Shown piece by piece: positions 30,779-39,616 of a stretch of 64,000 bases of DNA. This stretch comes from an uncultured Gammaproteobacteria bacterium (GTDB lineage Bacteria; Patescibacteriota; Patescibacteriia; Magasanikbacterales; GWA2-37-8): assembly GCA_964510495.1 (NCBI GenBank), contig CAZECR010000003.1:550-64549 (forward strand), in the 5' to 3' direction. Every line of letters starts with the position of its first letter. The first letter of the stretch is position 1. A model generated the notes under the pieces. That model worked only from the letters and a program-made list of their open reading frames with translations. It had not been told where the DNA came from and did no database searches. The translations under genes were made by a program, and so were the position numbers.

Positions 30779-31177
30779 ATGAAGAGGTATTGGTTCTGTA
30801 GCGCACTGCTAACGACAGTGCTTGGCTGTGGCGCCTGCAACGAGGCGGATTTCCCGGCGACCGACGAGCCACCCCCGTCCGCGCTGCCTGACCCTGGCGA
30901 CCCCGGTTCCTGCGCCAGCGAGCAGACGCGCCTCGGCTGGGTGGACGGGTGGCGCTTCTGCTATCCTGAGTCCTCACCAGATCTGGTGGCCAGCTATCAC
31001 TTCGTGATGAACCCTTACTACACCCGCAATGGGTGCAGCATCGCGAACGATGTGGGGCCTGCGACGCTTGCCTTCATGTCGAAGGCGACGACCAACAGCC
31101 AGGCCGGCGACTGGAACTTCGAGTCCTACTGGATGGGGCTCGTGACCAAGATGATCTGCCACAACCCAAAGCGCTAG
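30779..31177 (+). CDS. GC-rich orphan, secreted or lipoprotein-like, Cys-containing
   Basis: AAGGAG SD; MKRYWFCSALLTTVLGCGAC lipobox-like signal; Pro-rich linker. Confidence 0.7.
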   Translation: MKRYWFCSALLTTVLGCGACNEADFPATDEPPPSALPDPGDPGSCASEQTRLGWVDGWRFCYPESSPDLVASYHFVMNPYYTRNGCSIANDVGPATLAFMSKATTNSQAGDWNFESYWMGLVTKMICHNPKR

Positions 31178-31312
31178 GCGCTTCCCAAGGAGACAACCGA
31201 CACTGCTCTTCTGCCCCAGGAAGGCAAGGTGTGTGACGCGTCTGTCTCCGTTTCTACTTTGGTAGCAATGATTGTTAGAAGAGTAGAGAAGGCTTTAAAA
31301 TAAAAATAGTCC

Positions 31313-32968
31313 CTAGAGACTATTTTTATTTTTTAGATTTTTTACCATATACGTATTCTCCAGCTCATATCCCCACTTACGATAGTAGTCACGAACACCA
31401 ACTCCAGAAATAACAGCGAGTTTATCAACGCTGTGCTCGGTGACAATTGCTTCCGCTTTTTCCAATAATTTTTTACCAAGTCCTTTATGTTGACTTTGGT
31501 TGTCGTCTTTGACGCCAATGTTCAATAATTTTCCGTAGGTGTGGAGTTCGCGAATATATGCGGGGTAGCGAATCGCTTCTTTCGGCAATTCACTCGACGC
31601 AAAATCAACAATACGCAAACGACAAAAGGCAAATACTACCGTACGATCTTTATCTTCAAAGCTCAGGAAATATTCGGTGCCACCGTGCGTGTCGTACTCG
31701 TCAACAAATAAATGCGGCGTCAGATCAGAAATTTTATTCAGATCCACGTGACCCACTTCGCGGCAACGTAAACAGCGGCACGGCGTGCCTAATTTTTTTA
31801 AGCGCAGTTGTACCACTTGGCGAAGGTTGGTGACAGTATTTCCCTCTTCAATATATTGACCCGGGATATCACGAATAAGACGCGAAATACGGGCATAATA
31901 GGGGATAGTTGGTTTAAATTTCACCAAAATATCGATCAGGTCTTCTACGGAGTACGCGGTATATTTTCCTTGCAAAAACCATTCGTAGAGTTCAGAATTT
32001 TTGACAACGGTACATGGATAAATTTTGATCATGTCGGGTTTATATCCAGGGTCAGAAAAAATAGTCTGCATCATTTTTAAATCCGCTTCCGGGGTTGCGC
32101 CAGGTAGTTGTGGCATCAGATGTGCATCAACTTTGAATCCGTAGTTGCGGAGGAGTTCCATGGAACGCATTGCTTCTTTGCTCCCGTGACCGCGTTTTGT
32201 CAGTTCTAAAATAGCATCATCAGTATGCTGAATGCCAAGTTCAATACGCGTACAGCCCATTTCACGCATCTGCCAAATGGTGTGGTAGTTAATACAGTCT
32301 GGACGTGTTTCGAGTGTAAGGCCAATAATGCGATGTTTAGCGGTCTCGTTAATGGTTTGCTGTTTCGCAAGTTCAGCTTTAATTTCTACAAGGGGGGAGT
32401 CTTCGGTGAGTGTTGAAATAGTTACTCCTTCTTGGCCGAGTGTATTACATGCTTCAAAAGATTTCAAAATAAACCAATATTGATATTGGAGGGTATACGA
32501 ATTCCAAGTTCCGCCTTTGACAATAAATTCAATCTTGTCTGCGGGGTGTCCGTTATTTTGGAGGGCTTCAATGCGGCGGGCCATTTGTTCGTAAGGATTA
32601 AACTCGAGCATGAGGGCGCGCATGGCGGCTGGTTCTTCGGACAAGTAGCTCTTGGGCATCCGTTCGTCAAAGGGGCAGTACACGCATTGACCAGGGCAAG
32701 GATACGGTTTAATGAGTGACGTGATCACCGCCACCCCTGAGAGGCTTCGTACGGCCCGGCGCATGAGCATACGCTCCAAATGTTCGCTGGGTAAAATCTT
32801 GTTATTTTTGACTAAATCATGATATGCTACCAGCAGTTCTGTCTTGTCCGGGAGGTTCGTTTCTGGTTTTTCACCGGCCATTAAGCTGCGTTTAAGGACG
32901 TTAAAACCTTCCTCCGTTGTGGGAAGTTTTTCTAGAGCAGCAAGAATTATTTTTTCAGTTAATGACAC
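31313..32968 (-). CDS. elp3: Elp3-family tRNA uridine(34) acetyltransferase (radical SAM + GNAT)
   Basis: CPGQCVYCP cluster motif, GGTW, LETRPD, RIELGIQ, KIYP, RLIRDIP, CRCLRCREV, RELHTYG, QHKGLGKKLL, VISGVGVRDYYRKWGY; start GTG 32968 is my choice (ORF open to 33004). Confidence 0.93.
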   Translation of the reverse strand: MSLTEKIILAALEKLPTTEEGFNVLKRSLMAGEKPETNLPDKTELLVAYHDLVKNNKILPSEHLERMLMRRAVRSLSGVAVITSLIKPYPCPGQCVYCPFDERMPKSYLSEEPAAMRALMLEFNPYEQMARRIEALQNNGHPADKIEFIVKGGTWNSYTLQYQYWFILKSFEACNTLGQEGVTISTLTEDSPLVEIKAELAKQQTINETAKHRIIGLTLETRPDCINYHTIWQMREMGCTRIELGIQHTDDAILELTKRGHGSKEAMRSMELLRNYGFKVDAHLMPQLPGATPEADLKMMQTIFSDPGYKPDMIKIYPCTVVKNSELYEWFLQGKYTAYSVEDLIDILVKFKPTIPYYARISRLIRDIPGQYIEEGNTVTNLRQVVQLRLKKLGTPCRCLRCREVGHVDLNKISDLTPHLFVDEYDTHGGTEYFLSFEDKDRTVVFAFCRLRIVDFASSELPKEAIRYPAYIRELHTYGKLLNIGVKDDNQSQHKGLGKKLLEKAEAIVTEHSVDKLAVISGVGVRDYYRKWGYELENTYMVKNLKNKNSL

Positions 32969-32978
32969 AATAGAAGCT

Positions 32979-33710
32979 ATGGTAGATTTAATCCAAAAAA
33001 CCAAGGAAGATTATGATGCGATTGCCGAGGCCTTTGCCGGTACCCGTTTTGAGGCCGGATCGGATCTAGTAGAGTTTAAACCATTTATTCGCCCGGGTCA
33101 ACGCGTCCTTGACTGGGGGTGTGGCAACGGCCGTTTGTTATACTTACTTGATCAAACCCTGACTGAGCTTGACCCAACCCTCCACGGTCCAGCCCGGCTC
33201 GATTATTCTGGGGTAGATCAGAGCGAAGAACTCTTGAAAATAGCTCAAAAAACCTTTGAACATTTAGTGGACGATGCCCAGGTGCGTTTTTTTTCAACCG
33301 CTGATTCAGAAAAGAAATTTCCGGAAAGCTCCTTCGATGTCGCATACTCGATCGCTTCGTTTCATCATTTGCCTGATTCACTTTCTCGCTTTTCACTCCT
33401 TAAACAGATCTACTCAGAACTTGCTCCGGGTGGGCAACTTCTTCTCACCGTCTGGAATTTAACCAGTGATTGGGCTGAAAAACAAAAATCCAAATGGACC
33501 GAGCTTAATAGTCATGATTATTTGATTCCTTGGAAAGATGGTGAGGGTGAAGTCTTGGCGGATCGCTATTATCATGATTTTCAACTTCCAGAACTCACCG
33601 AACTTATAGAGCAAGCTGGATTTACGATTGAAAAAATGTACTATGCGACAGCCGGTAAAGAAGTGGATAGTCACAAAGGAAAAAATATTGTGGTGATTGC
33701 TAAAAAATAG
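32979..33710 (+). CDS. Class I SAM methyltransferase, Trm9/ALKBH8-like
   Basis: YDAIAEAFAGTR, VLDWGCGNGR, SIASFHHL, LLTVW, DYLIPW, RYYHDF..PEL. Confidence 0.8.
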   Translation: MVDLIQKTKEDYDAIAEAFAGTRFEAGSDLVEFKPFIRPGQRVLDWGCGNGRLLYLLDQTLTELDPTLHGPARLDYSGVDQSEELLKIAQKTFEHLVDDAQVRFFSTADSEKKFPESSFDVAYSIASFHHLPDSLSRFSLLKQIYSELAPGGQLLLTVWNLTSDWAEKQKSKWTELNSHDYLIPWKDGEGEVLADRYYHDFQLPELTELIEQAGFTIEKMYYATAGKEVDSHKGKNIVVIAKK

Positions 33711-33719
33711 TTTGCTCCT

Positions 33720-34940
33720 ATGCGTATTTTGCAGGCTAACAAATTTTTCTATCGTCGCGGCGGAGCCGAGGTGGTTTTTTTTGATACGATTAATGGTCTT
33801 CGGAAACGCGGGCACGAAGTGATCGAGTTTTCGATGCAACACTCAAAGAATCTACCGAGTGAATATGGCGGCTACTTCGCGCCCGAAATTCCAGAGCTTC
33901 TTGGCAAGCAAGATCTTTCCTCAGCTCTAAAAACATTTCGTCATTTATTTGTAGCACCAGAAATTAAAAAAAAATTAAAAGCGCTGGTTTTAGCAACTGA
34001 TCCTCAGATAGCGCATTTGCATAATATTTATCACCATCTTTCCGCGACCACTTTTACGACGCTCCATAAACTCAAAATTCCAACGGTGCTCACCGTGCAT
34101 GATGTTTTTCCGATGTGCCCGAATCATAGCATGCTCTACGGCCAGCAGCTCCGGGAAGATTTGTTCAAGAAAAAAATGTATAATTGCGTGCGCTATAAAT
34201 GTATCGATAACCGTTTACTGCCCAGTATCGCCGGTACGCTTGAAGCATATTATTATCACCTCAAAGGCATCTGGGAGCATCTTGATATGTTCATCTGCCC
34301 CAGCCAGTTTATGATGGATAAGATGGTTGAATATGGATTTCCCAAAAAGAAAATGCGTGTCGTCTTAAATCCATTTGAAATCCGACCAGAACCAATGCCC
34401 CTTGGAAACAGGGTTGTCTATCTCGGACGTATGCATTATGAAAAGGGGATACGCCTCTTTTTACAGGCAGCCTCGCAGCTTCGTGATCTGCCGATTACGG
34501 TAGCGGGAAGCGGGCCCGATGATGTATGGGTCGACCGCTACATTGCGCAGTCGAGCCTGACGCATGTGGAGCGTTTGCACTGGGTAGAAAATGCCGCTTG
34601 GCAAAAAGTAATGGCGAGCGCCCGAGTGATTGTCGTGCCATCATTATTTTATGAAAATTGTTCGATTACTATTTTAGAAGCTTTAAGTTACGGACGTATT
34701 GTTGTGGGTGTTAATCGCGGTGGAACGCCGGAGATGATTATTGATGGGCAGACAGGATTTTTGGCCAAGCCCGAGGACGGCGATGATTTGGCGCGGGTGA
34801 TTAGAAAGGCGATGGTTCTATCTGATAGCGAAGCGAAGGCGATGGTGGAACGTGGCAGGAAATTGATCGCGACGAATCATGCTCCTGATGATTATTTTAA
34901 AAAATTGGAAAGTGTGTACGCGGAAGTGATAAAAAAATAA
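33720..34940 (+). CDS. GT4-family glycosyltransferase
   Basis: RRGGAE, YLGRMHYEKG, PSLFYENCSITILEALSYG. Confidence 0.92.
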   Translation: MRILQANKFFYRRGGAEVVFFDTINGLRKRGHEVIEFSMQHSKNLPSEYGGYFAPEIPELLGKQDLSSALKTFRHLFVAPEIKKKLKALVLATDPQIAHLHNIYHHLSATTFTTLHKLKIPTVLTVHDVFPMCPNHSMLYGQQLREDLFKKKMYNCVRYKCIDNRLLPSIAGTLEAYYYHLKGIWEHLDMFICPSQFMMDKMVEYGFPKKKMRVVLNPFEIRPEPMPLGNRVVYLGRMHYEKGIRLFLQAASQLRDLPITVAGSGPDDVWVDRYIAQSSLTHVERLHWVENAAWQKVMASARVIVVPSLFYENCSITILEALSYGRIVVGVNRGGTPEMIIDGQTGFLAKPEDGDDLARVIRKAMVLSDSEAKAMVERGRKLIATNHAPDDYFKKLESVYAEVIKK

Positions 34941-34943
34941 AAT

Positions 34944-35006
34944 AAAAATATCCCGACAAAGTCGGGATATTTTTTTGGTCGTCGTCGGCGAGGAGCGCCG
35001 ACGACG
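34944..35006. terminator. Bidirectional terminator plus adjacent GC hairpin
   Basis: AAAAATATCCCGAC-aaa-GTCGGGATATTTTT and CGTCGTCGGCG-aggag-CGCCGACGACG. Confidence 0.8.
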
Positions 35007-35025
35007 GGTGGTGTGAATGGATCTC

Positions 35026-35466
35026 CTAGCGCAGCGCTGTGGCAAAGCTATCTATGTCTGACTTCGGCTCTGCCGAGAAGGCGAAGATGACTGTGTGGAG
35101 CCGGGGTGTAGCGGCCCTCATGTTCGCGATATGCTGCTCGAGGGCGCTCTTGACCCGCAGACAGATGTCGTCCCAGAGGTTCAGGAAGCGCGGCATTGGA
35201 ATCATGACCGCACCCATGCCGTCTGCTTCGGCCTCGGTGAGGCACTGCAGCACAGCGCGCTCGACCTCCTCGTAGCACTGGCCGCTGTCGTACTCGGTGG
35301 TCGACACGAGGCGATCGTTGGCCTGGGGATTGGCTCGCTCCCACTCTATGCATTCAATGGCGGAGGAGCTGAACCCGATCTCGGCGATTCGATCGGTAGG
35401 CACCCCTGCGTCGGTGACTGTGATAACGATGGTCAGGGGACCCATGTTCATCGTATGTCCGCTCAT
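35026..35466 (-). CDS. GC-rich orphan, probable degenerate Macro domain
   Basis: VERAVLQCLTEAEADGMGAVMIPM and RLHTVIFAF...DSFATAL resemble the Macro C-terminal half; Gly-rich loops absent; GGAGG SD. Confidence 0.55.
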   Translation of the reverse strand: MSGHTMNMGPLTIVITVTDAGVPTDRIAEIGFSSSAIECIEWERANPQANDRLVSTTEYDSGQCYEEVERAVLQCLTEAEADGMGAVMIPMPRFLNLWDDICLRVKSALEQHIANMRAATPRLHTVIFAFSAEPKSDIDSFATALR

Positions 35467-35521
35467 AAAGCCTCCACTGGTTTTGACGATCCTTTCAAGC
35501 CTCACTAAGGCCTAAAAGCAT

Positions 35522-35549
35522 CAGACAACCCCCGTGAAGGGGTTGTCTG
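35522..35549 (-). terminator. Hairpin downstream of the GT4 gene
   Basis: CAGACAACCCC-cgtgaa-GGGGTTGTCTG. Confidence 0.6.
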
Positions 35550-35563
35550 GCTAAAACGGGTTG

Positions 35564-36724
35564 TTACGCTTCAATCGCTCGGACAGTTTTAAACGTAGCA
35601 GTAGGGTTAGTGCCATAGACGGCCACCGTATCAAGACCAATCTGATCCCATTGATAATTCGTACTAGCGATTACTTTATTGTAGAGTCCTGTTTCGGCGA
35701 TCTGCTTTTGGTTGCCAAGGAGGCTGACCAATTTTTCGATGAGCGACGGAACACTCGCGTTGCGGAAATGAAAATCCGCATTAGCAATAATTTCTTGGTG
35801 TTCTGGAATGTCAGACACGAGTACTGGGCGGCCGTGAGCCATAGCCTGAAGCACGGTGAGTGGCAAGCCTTCATTTTCCGAAGGGTGCACGAGCAGCGTG
35901 GCATTGCCGTAGAGTTCTTCAAGCGGCTGACCGTTTTGCCAATCAGTGAAGATAATGCTTGGGTCTTCAGCGGCGCTACGCTTAAGTCCTTCAACATAAC
36001 TATCCGTAAAAGCACTGCCGCCAACGATAACCAGTTTTTGGTCGGCCACGAGAGTTGGGTATTTCTTTTTCAAGAACTGCCAAGCCTCTACCAAATAGTG
36101 CGCTCCTTTATGTTTCACGAGACGTGAAACCATGAGGACATATTTTTGTGGTTCTAGATTCCATACTTTGAGCGTGCTCGTACCAACTGCTTCGGGCATG
36201 GTTACCCCGTTTGGTACGTAGGTAGTACTTTTCTTATATTCATTGACGCAATAATTCTGAATGGTTTTGGAAACCACAATTGTTTCATGTGGGAAGAAGC
36301 AGGCTGCTTTTTCACCAAGACGCAAAAGTAACTGGGCAAAGAAGCCCCATTTCTGGTGGTAACGGTCAATACAGTGAAAGGTAACAACGACTTTAGTTTT
36401 GGGCGCAAAAATACGCGGAATAAAACTAAGGAGAGCAGGACCTACACCATGGTAGTGAATTACATCAGCTTTCTGAAACAGAGCATGTATGGTCGAAGTA
36501 AATGTATGCACAATTGCATCCAAATGTTTACTATGGACCGTAGGCGTATGGATGAGGCTGACCCCCTGGAAAGAAGTAAGGGTTTTTGGAGTATACCAAG
36601 CACGAACGTATGCCAAAACATCGTGGCCTTGTTTGGCCAAACGAACGGATAACTCCTCAACGTGGCGTTCGATACCGCCGTATTGCGTTGGAAGCCCTTT
36701 TTGTCCGATCATGATAATACGCAT
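35564..36724 (-). CDS. GT4-family glycosyltransferase
   Basis: GQKGLPTQYGGIERHVE, SRLVKHKG, PSENEGLPLTVLQAM, SDIPEH. Confidence 0.92.
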   Translation of the reverse strand: MRIIMIGQKGLPTQYGGIERHVEELSVRLAKQGHDVLAYVRAWYTPKTLTSFQGVSLIHTPTVHSKHLDAIVHTFTSTIHALFQKADVIHYHGVGPALLSFIPRIFAPKTKVVVTFHCIDRYHQKWGFFAQLLLRLGEKAACFFPHETIVVSKTIQNYCVNEYKKSTTYVPNGVTMPEAVGTSTLKVWNLEPQKYVLMVSRLVKHKGAHYLVEAWQFLKKKYPTLVADQKLVIVGGSAFTDSYVEGLKRSAAEDPSIIFTDWQNGQPLEELYGNATLLVHPSENEGLPLTVLQAMAHGRPVLVSDIPEHQEIIANADFHFRNASVPSLIEKLVSLLGNQKQIAETGLYNKVIASTNYQWDQIGLDTVAVYGTNPTATFKTVRAIEA

Positions 36725-36874
36725 ACCTGTAAAAGGTAACTTTAGTTAACGAAGAAGTATAGCATATTTTGGCAGTTTTGTCAAGAGCAAGAAGTGCCTA
36801 TTTTTAGCCAAAAAACTGTAATACTTCTGCTAGAATGGCTCTCCCGTAGCTAGGTGATGGCTAATAAGAGGGGT

Positions 36875-36908
36875 AACAAAGAACCCTCCACGTGGAGGGT
36901 TCTTTGTT
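36875..36908. terminator. Terminator-like perfect 34-bp palindrome
   Basis: AACAAAGAACCCTCCAC|GTGGAGGGTTCTTTGTT just past the stop of the 37781 gene. Confidence 0.7.
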
Positions 36909-36914
36909 TAAAGG

Positions 36915-37781
36915 CTATTTTTTCAGCTTTTGTGCGGTAGGTTTAGGCTTGTCACCCGGACCCCGCAACGGAGGAATTACTTTGTTATGATGGATTCCAG
37001 GGTCACGGCGAGCATCTTGTTCGGAAAGTGCATTGATAGCTTTGTTTGACATCCTGAGTGGGGGAATTGTTGGTTGTGCTCCGTAGAGGCGTTCGAGTAT
37101 CCATAATGCTTGGTCGCCAGGTTTAGTAGGATCAGCAGGTTTAGGGACGAGAACGTAGGTCATTGTCTCCGAAGCGGAAGCGTCAAGTGATACTGATTGT
37201 TCGCGCGCTATAGTAGCTTGGTGAGGTTCAGCAGCAGGATTTGCATAGGTTATAAATGGTAGTCGACAAATAAATTCTACCGGTCGCTCTTTGTTACCAC
37301 GAAAAACAATTTTGTACCCAATTTTTTCGCCAGCTTTAAACTGTTCAAAAAAATGTGTGTCCGGTGGCTGGTAGATTATTTTTTGCCCATTAAACGTTTT
37401 AATTGTAATTACTTTTTTTTGCGGGTCCATGCTTTCAATTGTCCCTTGCGGAATCATGAGACAGGTTTCTCGTTGGTATGTCAGAAGCGGTTTTATTGCG
37501 CGTTGTTGGTCGGCGGTCAGCGGCAGCGGCCGAGCGCCAACCATATACCCACCTTTGTCTAAGTTGGGAGCATCGAGACTTCCCCGTTGAACGTACTTAT
37601 TTTTTTCTGCGTCCATAATAAGCGCTTGAGCAATCTCCTCCGGTGACTTTGACGGAGTTTTTTTCAAGGTGACCTCAGGAGTCTGGGGTACTTCTTCTGC
37701 CCGTACTACTGATTCATTCATGGCCGCGCCCAAAGCGGCTCCCGCTACCAATTTTGCCCACGATCCCATTTTTTCAGGCAT
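36915..37781 (-). CDS. Hypothetical protein, possibly exported
   Basis: 288-aa ORF; N-terminal AKLVAGAALGAAM..VRA signal-like segment; Pro-rich basic tail. Confidence 0.7.
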   Translation of the reverse strand: MPEKMGSWAKLVAGAALGAAMNESVVRAEEVPQTPEVTLKKTPSKSPEEIAQALIMDAEKNKYVQRGSLDAPNLDKGGYMVGARPLPLTADQQRAIKPLLTYQRETCLMIPQGTIESMDPQKKVITIKTFNGQKIIYQPPDTHFFEQFKAGEKIGYKIVFRGNKERPVEFICRLPFITYANPAAEPHQATIAREQSVSLDASASETMTYVLVPKPADPTKPGDQALWILERLYGAQPTIPPLRMSNKAINALSEQDARRDPGIHHNKVIPPLRGPGDKPKPTAQKLKK

Positions 37782-37842
37782 AGATGTATATTATTCCTGT
37801 AGTATAACGATTTTCTTCGTATGTTACCAGCAGCAAAGCGTG

Positions 37843-37885
37843 TGTGGATAACTGTCTTGACGCCCCTCAAAACTGTTGGTACGTT
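37843..37885 (+). promoter_or_regulatory. DnaA box next to a sigma70-type promoter
   Basis: TGTGGATAA (37843-37851), then TTGACG-17 bp-TACGTT (37857-37885). Confidence 0.55.
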
Positions 37886-37902
37886 AGGAAAGTTAAAAAA
37901 AT

Positions 37903-38075
37903 ATGGAACATTCTTTAAGTTTCAATTGCCAGAACCTTTCCAAGGTCAATCCAATGACCCGCATTTTTGTATGCGATCTTTGGACAACGGGTGATTATAC
38001 CGAAAGCTTGAAGTAAAAAATAAAAAAGCTTTTCATTAATCACCCGAGGCCCCAAGGCAACGGGTGATTTTATTT
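37903..38075 (+). promoter_or_regulatory. Leader-peptide attenuator-like element
   Basis: 37-aa uORF 37903-38016; CAACGGGTGATT at 37985 and 38058, both complementary to AATCACCCG at 38038; second pairing followed by TTATTT. Confidence 0.65.
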
Positions 38076-38183
38076 AAGAGTCGTTCTTTACAAATGTGTG
38101 GCCCTTTCGCTTGAGTTCATAGATGTGAATTGAAGCGAAGGGGCTCGCAATCACGCCGCCCTGACATTTATCGGGAGGATTCG

Positions 38184-38552
38184 ATGACCGCAGCCGAGAA
38201 ACACGCAAAGCACTTTCCCAACTGCACCCATGCCCTGGCCGGCACTCAGTCAGAGGACTACGCAGTGGTTTTGAAAACAGGTGTGCGGTGCCGCGCCTGT
38301 AGCGAAATCTTCAATGATGATTGCCAGATTCAGATTGCCAGAACCGAAAGGATCGTCACGAGCCACCTCGTCGACCTTGAGGTCATCCGGCAGATGATCA
38401 AAGACCTCCGTGGCAGACCGGGCGGGGAAGCCATGATCGATCAGATCATGAGTGATAACCGCGATCATCCTGATTGCACAGCGATTGAGCAGGTGATCGA
38501 GGAGGTCAGAAAAAGGCCGGTGAGCAATCCGGAGATGGCTCGAGTGGCGTGA
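38184..38552 (+). CDS. GC-rich orphan with possible His/Cys metal-binding N-terminus
   Basis: GGGAGG SD; HAKHFPNCTH...CRAC; helical C-terminal half. Confidence 0.7.
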   Translation: MTAAEKHAKHFPNCTHALAGTQSEDYAVVLKTGVRCRACSEIFNDDCQIQIARTERIVTSHLVDLEVIRQMIKDLRGRPGGEAMIDQIMSDNRDHPDCTAIEQVIEEVRKRPVSNPEMARVA

Positions 38553-38701
38553 AAACGCGTGTATCGTCTAGAGTAGTAGCCGGTGTCCTTCGGGACGCGG
38601 CGCTGCTCTAGACGATCGTTCAGCTCTGTACAAAAATATTTTTTGCCCACAGCCGAACTAACTTCTCTTTGAACATAGTCTTTGCTATACTGAAGAAAGC
38701 T

Positions 38702-39607
38702 ATGTCAATTATACTTGCGCTCATCGGGTACGGCTTTCAAGCTGTTGACTCAATTCTTAATAAATTTATTCTCGAAAAAACAACGGTCAAGCCGACGTTA
38801 TTTTTATTTTATTCGACAATTACCGCATTGCCCGTTTTTTTACTTTTGCCGTTTGGAACTGAACGACTTATTGGAGTAATGGATTATAGTGTGGCTCTCT
38901 GTAGCGGTCTTATGTTTGCGGCGGCCCTCGCAGCCATGTATACCGCTATACAAGAAAGCGAGATTAGTCACATCGGACCTTTGCTGGGTGCAGTCATTCC
39001 TTTTTTTGTTCTCATCCTAAGTTATTTTTTTCTAGGTGAAGTTATCGTTACCCAAGTGTTAGTTGGTATTGGTATTTTGATCCTCGGTTCGCTCATTATT
39101 GCTTTTGAAAAGAGTCGTCTTCACCAAGGATTTCACCGTGGAGTTATGTGGGGTGTGCTTGCCGGTTTCTTTTTTGCTGTTTCGCACGTGACTGCAAAAT
39201 ATACCTATGATGTCCATGGGTTTCTCACCGGCTTCGTCTACACACGTGGCTTCAGTGGGCTTGTCGGTATTGTGCTTCTGGCGCTGCCGTCTATCCGCAG
39301 AGCTCTTTTTACTGCCAAACAGAAAACAGCGCCGACAAAATCATTAGGTCAGACGAGCATTGTGGTGATTGAAAAAGTAGTTGGTTTTTTTGGTGTAGTC
39401 CTGCTGCAGTATGCAACAGCGATTGGTAGTGTTACGATTGTTAATGCGCTCGCCGGCGCTCAGTTTGCTCTCTTAATTGGCTTGGTTGCACTGCTCTCTA
39501 AAATTCGCCCAGCTGTTTTTAAAGAAGAGTATCAAGGGCGAGAGATCGTGCAGGAAATTATTGGAGTTATCGTTATTGCTCTCGGACTCATTTTAATTAT
39601 TCGTTAA
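38702..39607 (+). CDS. EamA/DMT-family transporter
   Basis: About 10 TMs; ISHIGPL, YFFLGE, two-repeat pattern. Confidence 0.85.
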   Translation: MSIILALIGYGFQAVDSILNKFILEKTTVKPTLFLFYSTITALPVFLLLPFGTERLIGVMDYSVALCSGLMFAAALAAMYTAIQESEISHIGPLLGAVIPFFVLILSYFFLGEVIVTQVLVGIGILILGSLIIAFEKSRLHQGFHRGVMWGVLAGFFFAVSHVTAKYTYDVHGFLTGFVYTRGFSGLVGIVLLALPSIRRALFTAKQKTAPTKSLGQTSIVVIEKVVGFFGVVLLQYATAIGSVTIVNALAGAQFALLIGLVALLSKIRPAVFKEEYQGREIVQEIIGVIVIALGLILIIR

Positions 39608-39616
39608 TACGCTGCT

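Noticed and set aside
37903-38016. uORF as a TnaC or trp leader peptide
   Set aside because: Only one Trp, no TnaC W-x3-D...P-stop pattern, and the downstream gene is unrelated to tryptophan metabolism
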